Below are positions 63,901 to 64,000 of a stretch of 64,000 nt of DNA, piece after piece. Every line of letters begins with the position of its first letter. Position 1 is the first letter of the stretch. The DNA lies in contig CM074525.1 in assembly GCA_037379345.1 (NCBI GenBank), positions 13,321,275-13,385,274 of the forward strand, given 5' to 3'. Origin of the DNA: Perna viridis (lineage: Eukaryota). The notes beneath the pieces were generated by a model that was not told the origin of the DNA, made no database searches, and saw only the letters and a list, made by a program, of their open reading frames with translations. The translations under genes and the position numbers were made by a program.

Positions 63901-64000
63901 ATCGAACAGTATTTCATTAGTTGGACAGTGCAGCTCTTAAATTTTATAAATATCAATTCAAAGGTACTCTATTTGACAAAGATGCACACATTGTTGCAAT
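60906..64000. repeat. Right arm of large inverted duplication (runs to window end)
   Basis: 64000 pairs with 56912 and 60906 with 60007; mirrored ORFs 57949-58517(+) and 62415-62982(-). Confidence 0.95.

Overview
AT-rich, repeat-dense eukaryotic DNA. The repeat and gene families point to a bivalve mollusc (inferred, not proven). Most of the window is decayed mobile elements: a 5'-truncated BEL/Pao LTR retrotransposon (one LTR, a PPT, and a 20-copy minisatellite inside pol), two tail-to-tail LINE RT relics, an IS3EU-like DDE transposase pseudogene, a Ty3/Gypsy integrase fragment with a chromodomain-like tail, about 8 Penelope-like (PLE) fragments, Helentron/MITE/SINE pieces and many minisatellites. 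Host-gene content is immune- or secretion-flavoured. It comprises a spliced nSTAND3 NTPase + ankyrin-repeat (NLR-like) gene that is disrupted here, whose ankyrin array varies most at DARPin-like binding positions; a two-exon WAP four-disulfide domain; a signal-peptide + PAN/apple exon; and a GDSGS serine-protease fragment. The last 7 kb is a large imperfect palindrome (arms of at least 3.1 kb around a 0.9 kb spacer). A recurrent PLE 3' motif folds into a 13-bp-closed, possibly pseudoknotted RNA. No rRNA, bona fide tRNA or CRISPR array was found. All alignments and identities were judged by eye.
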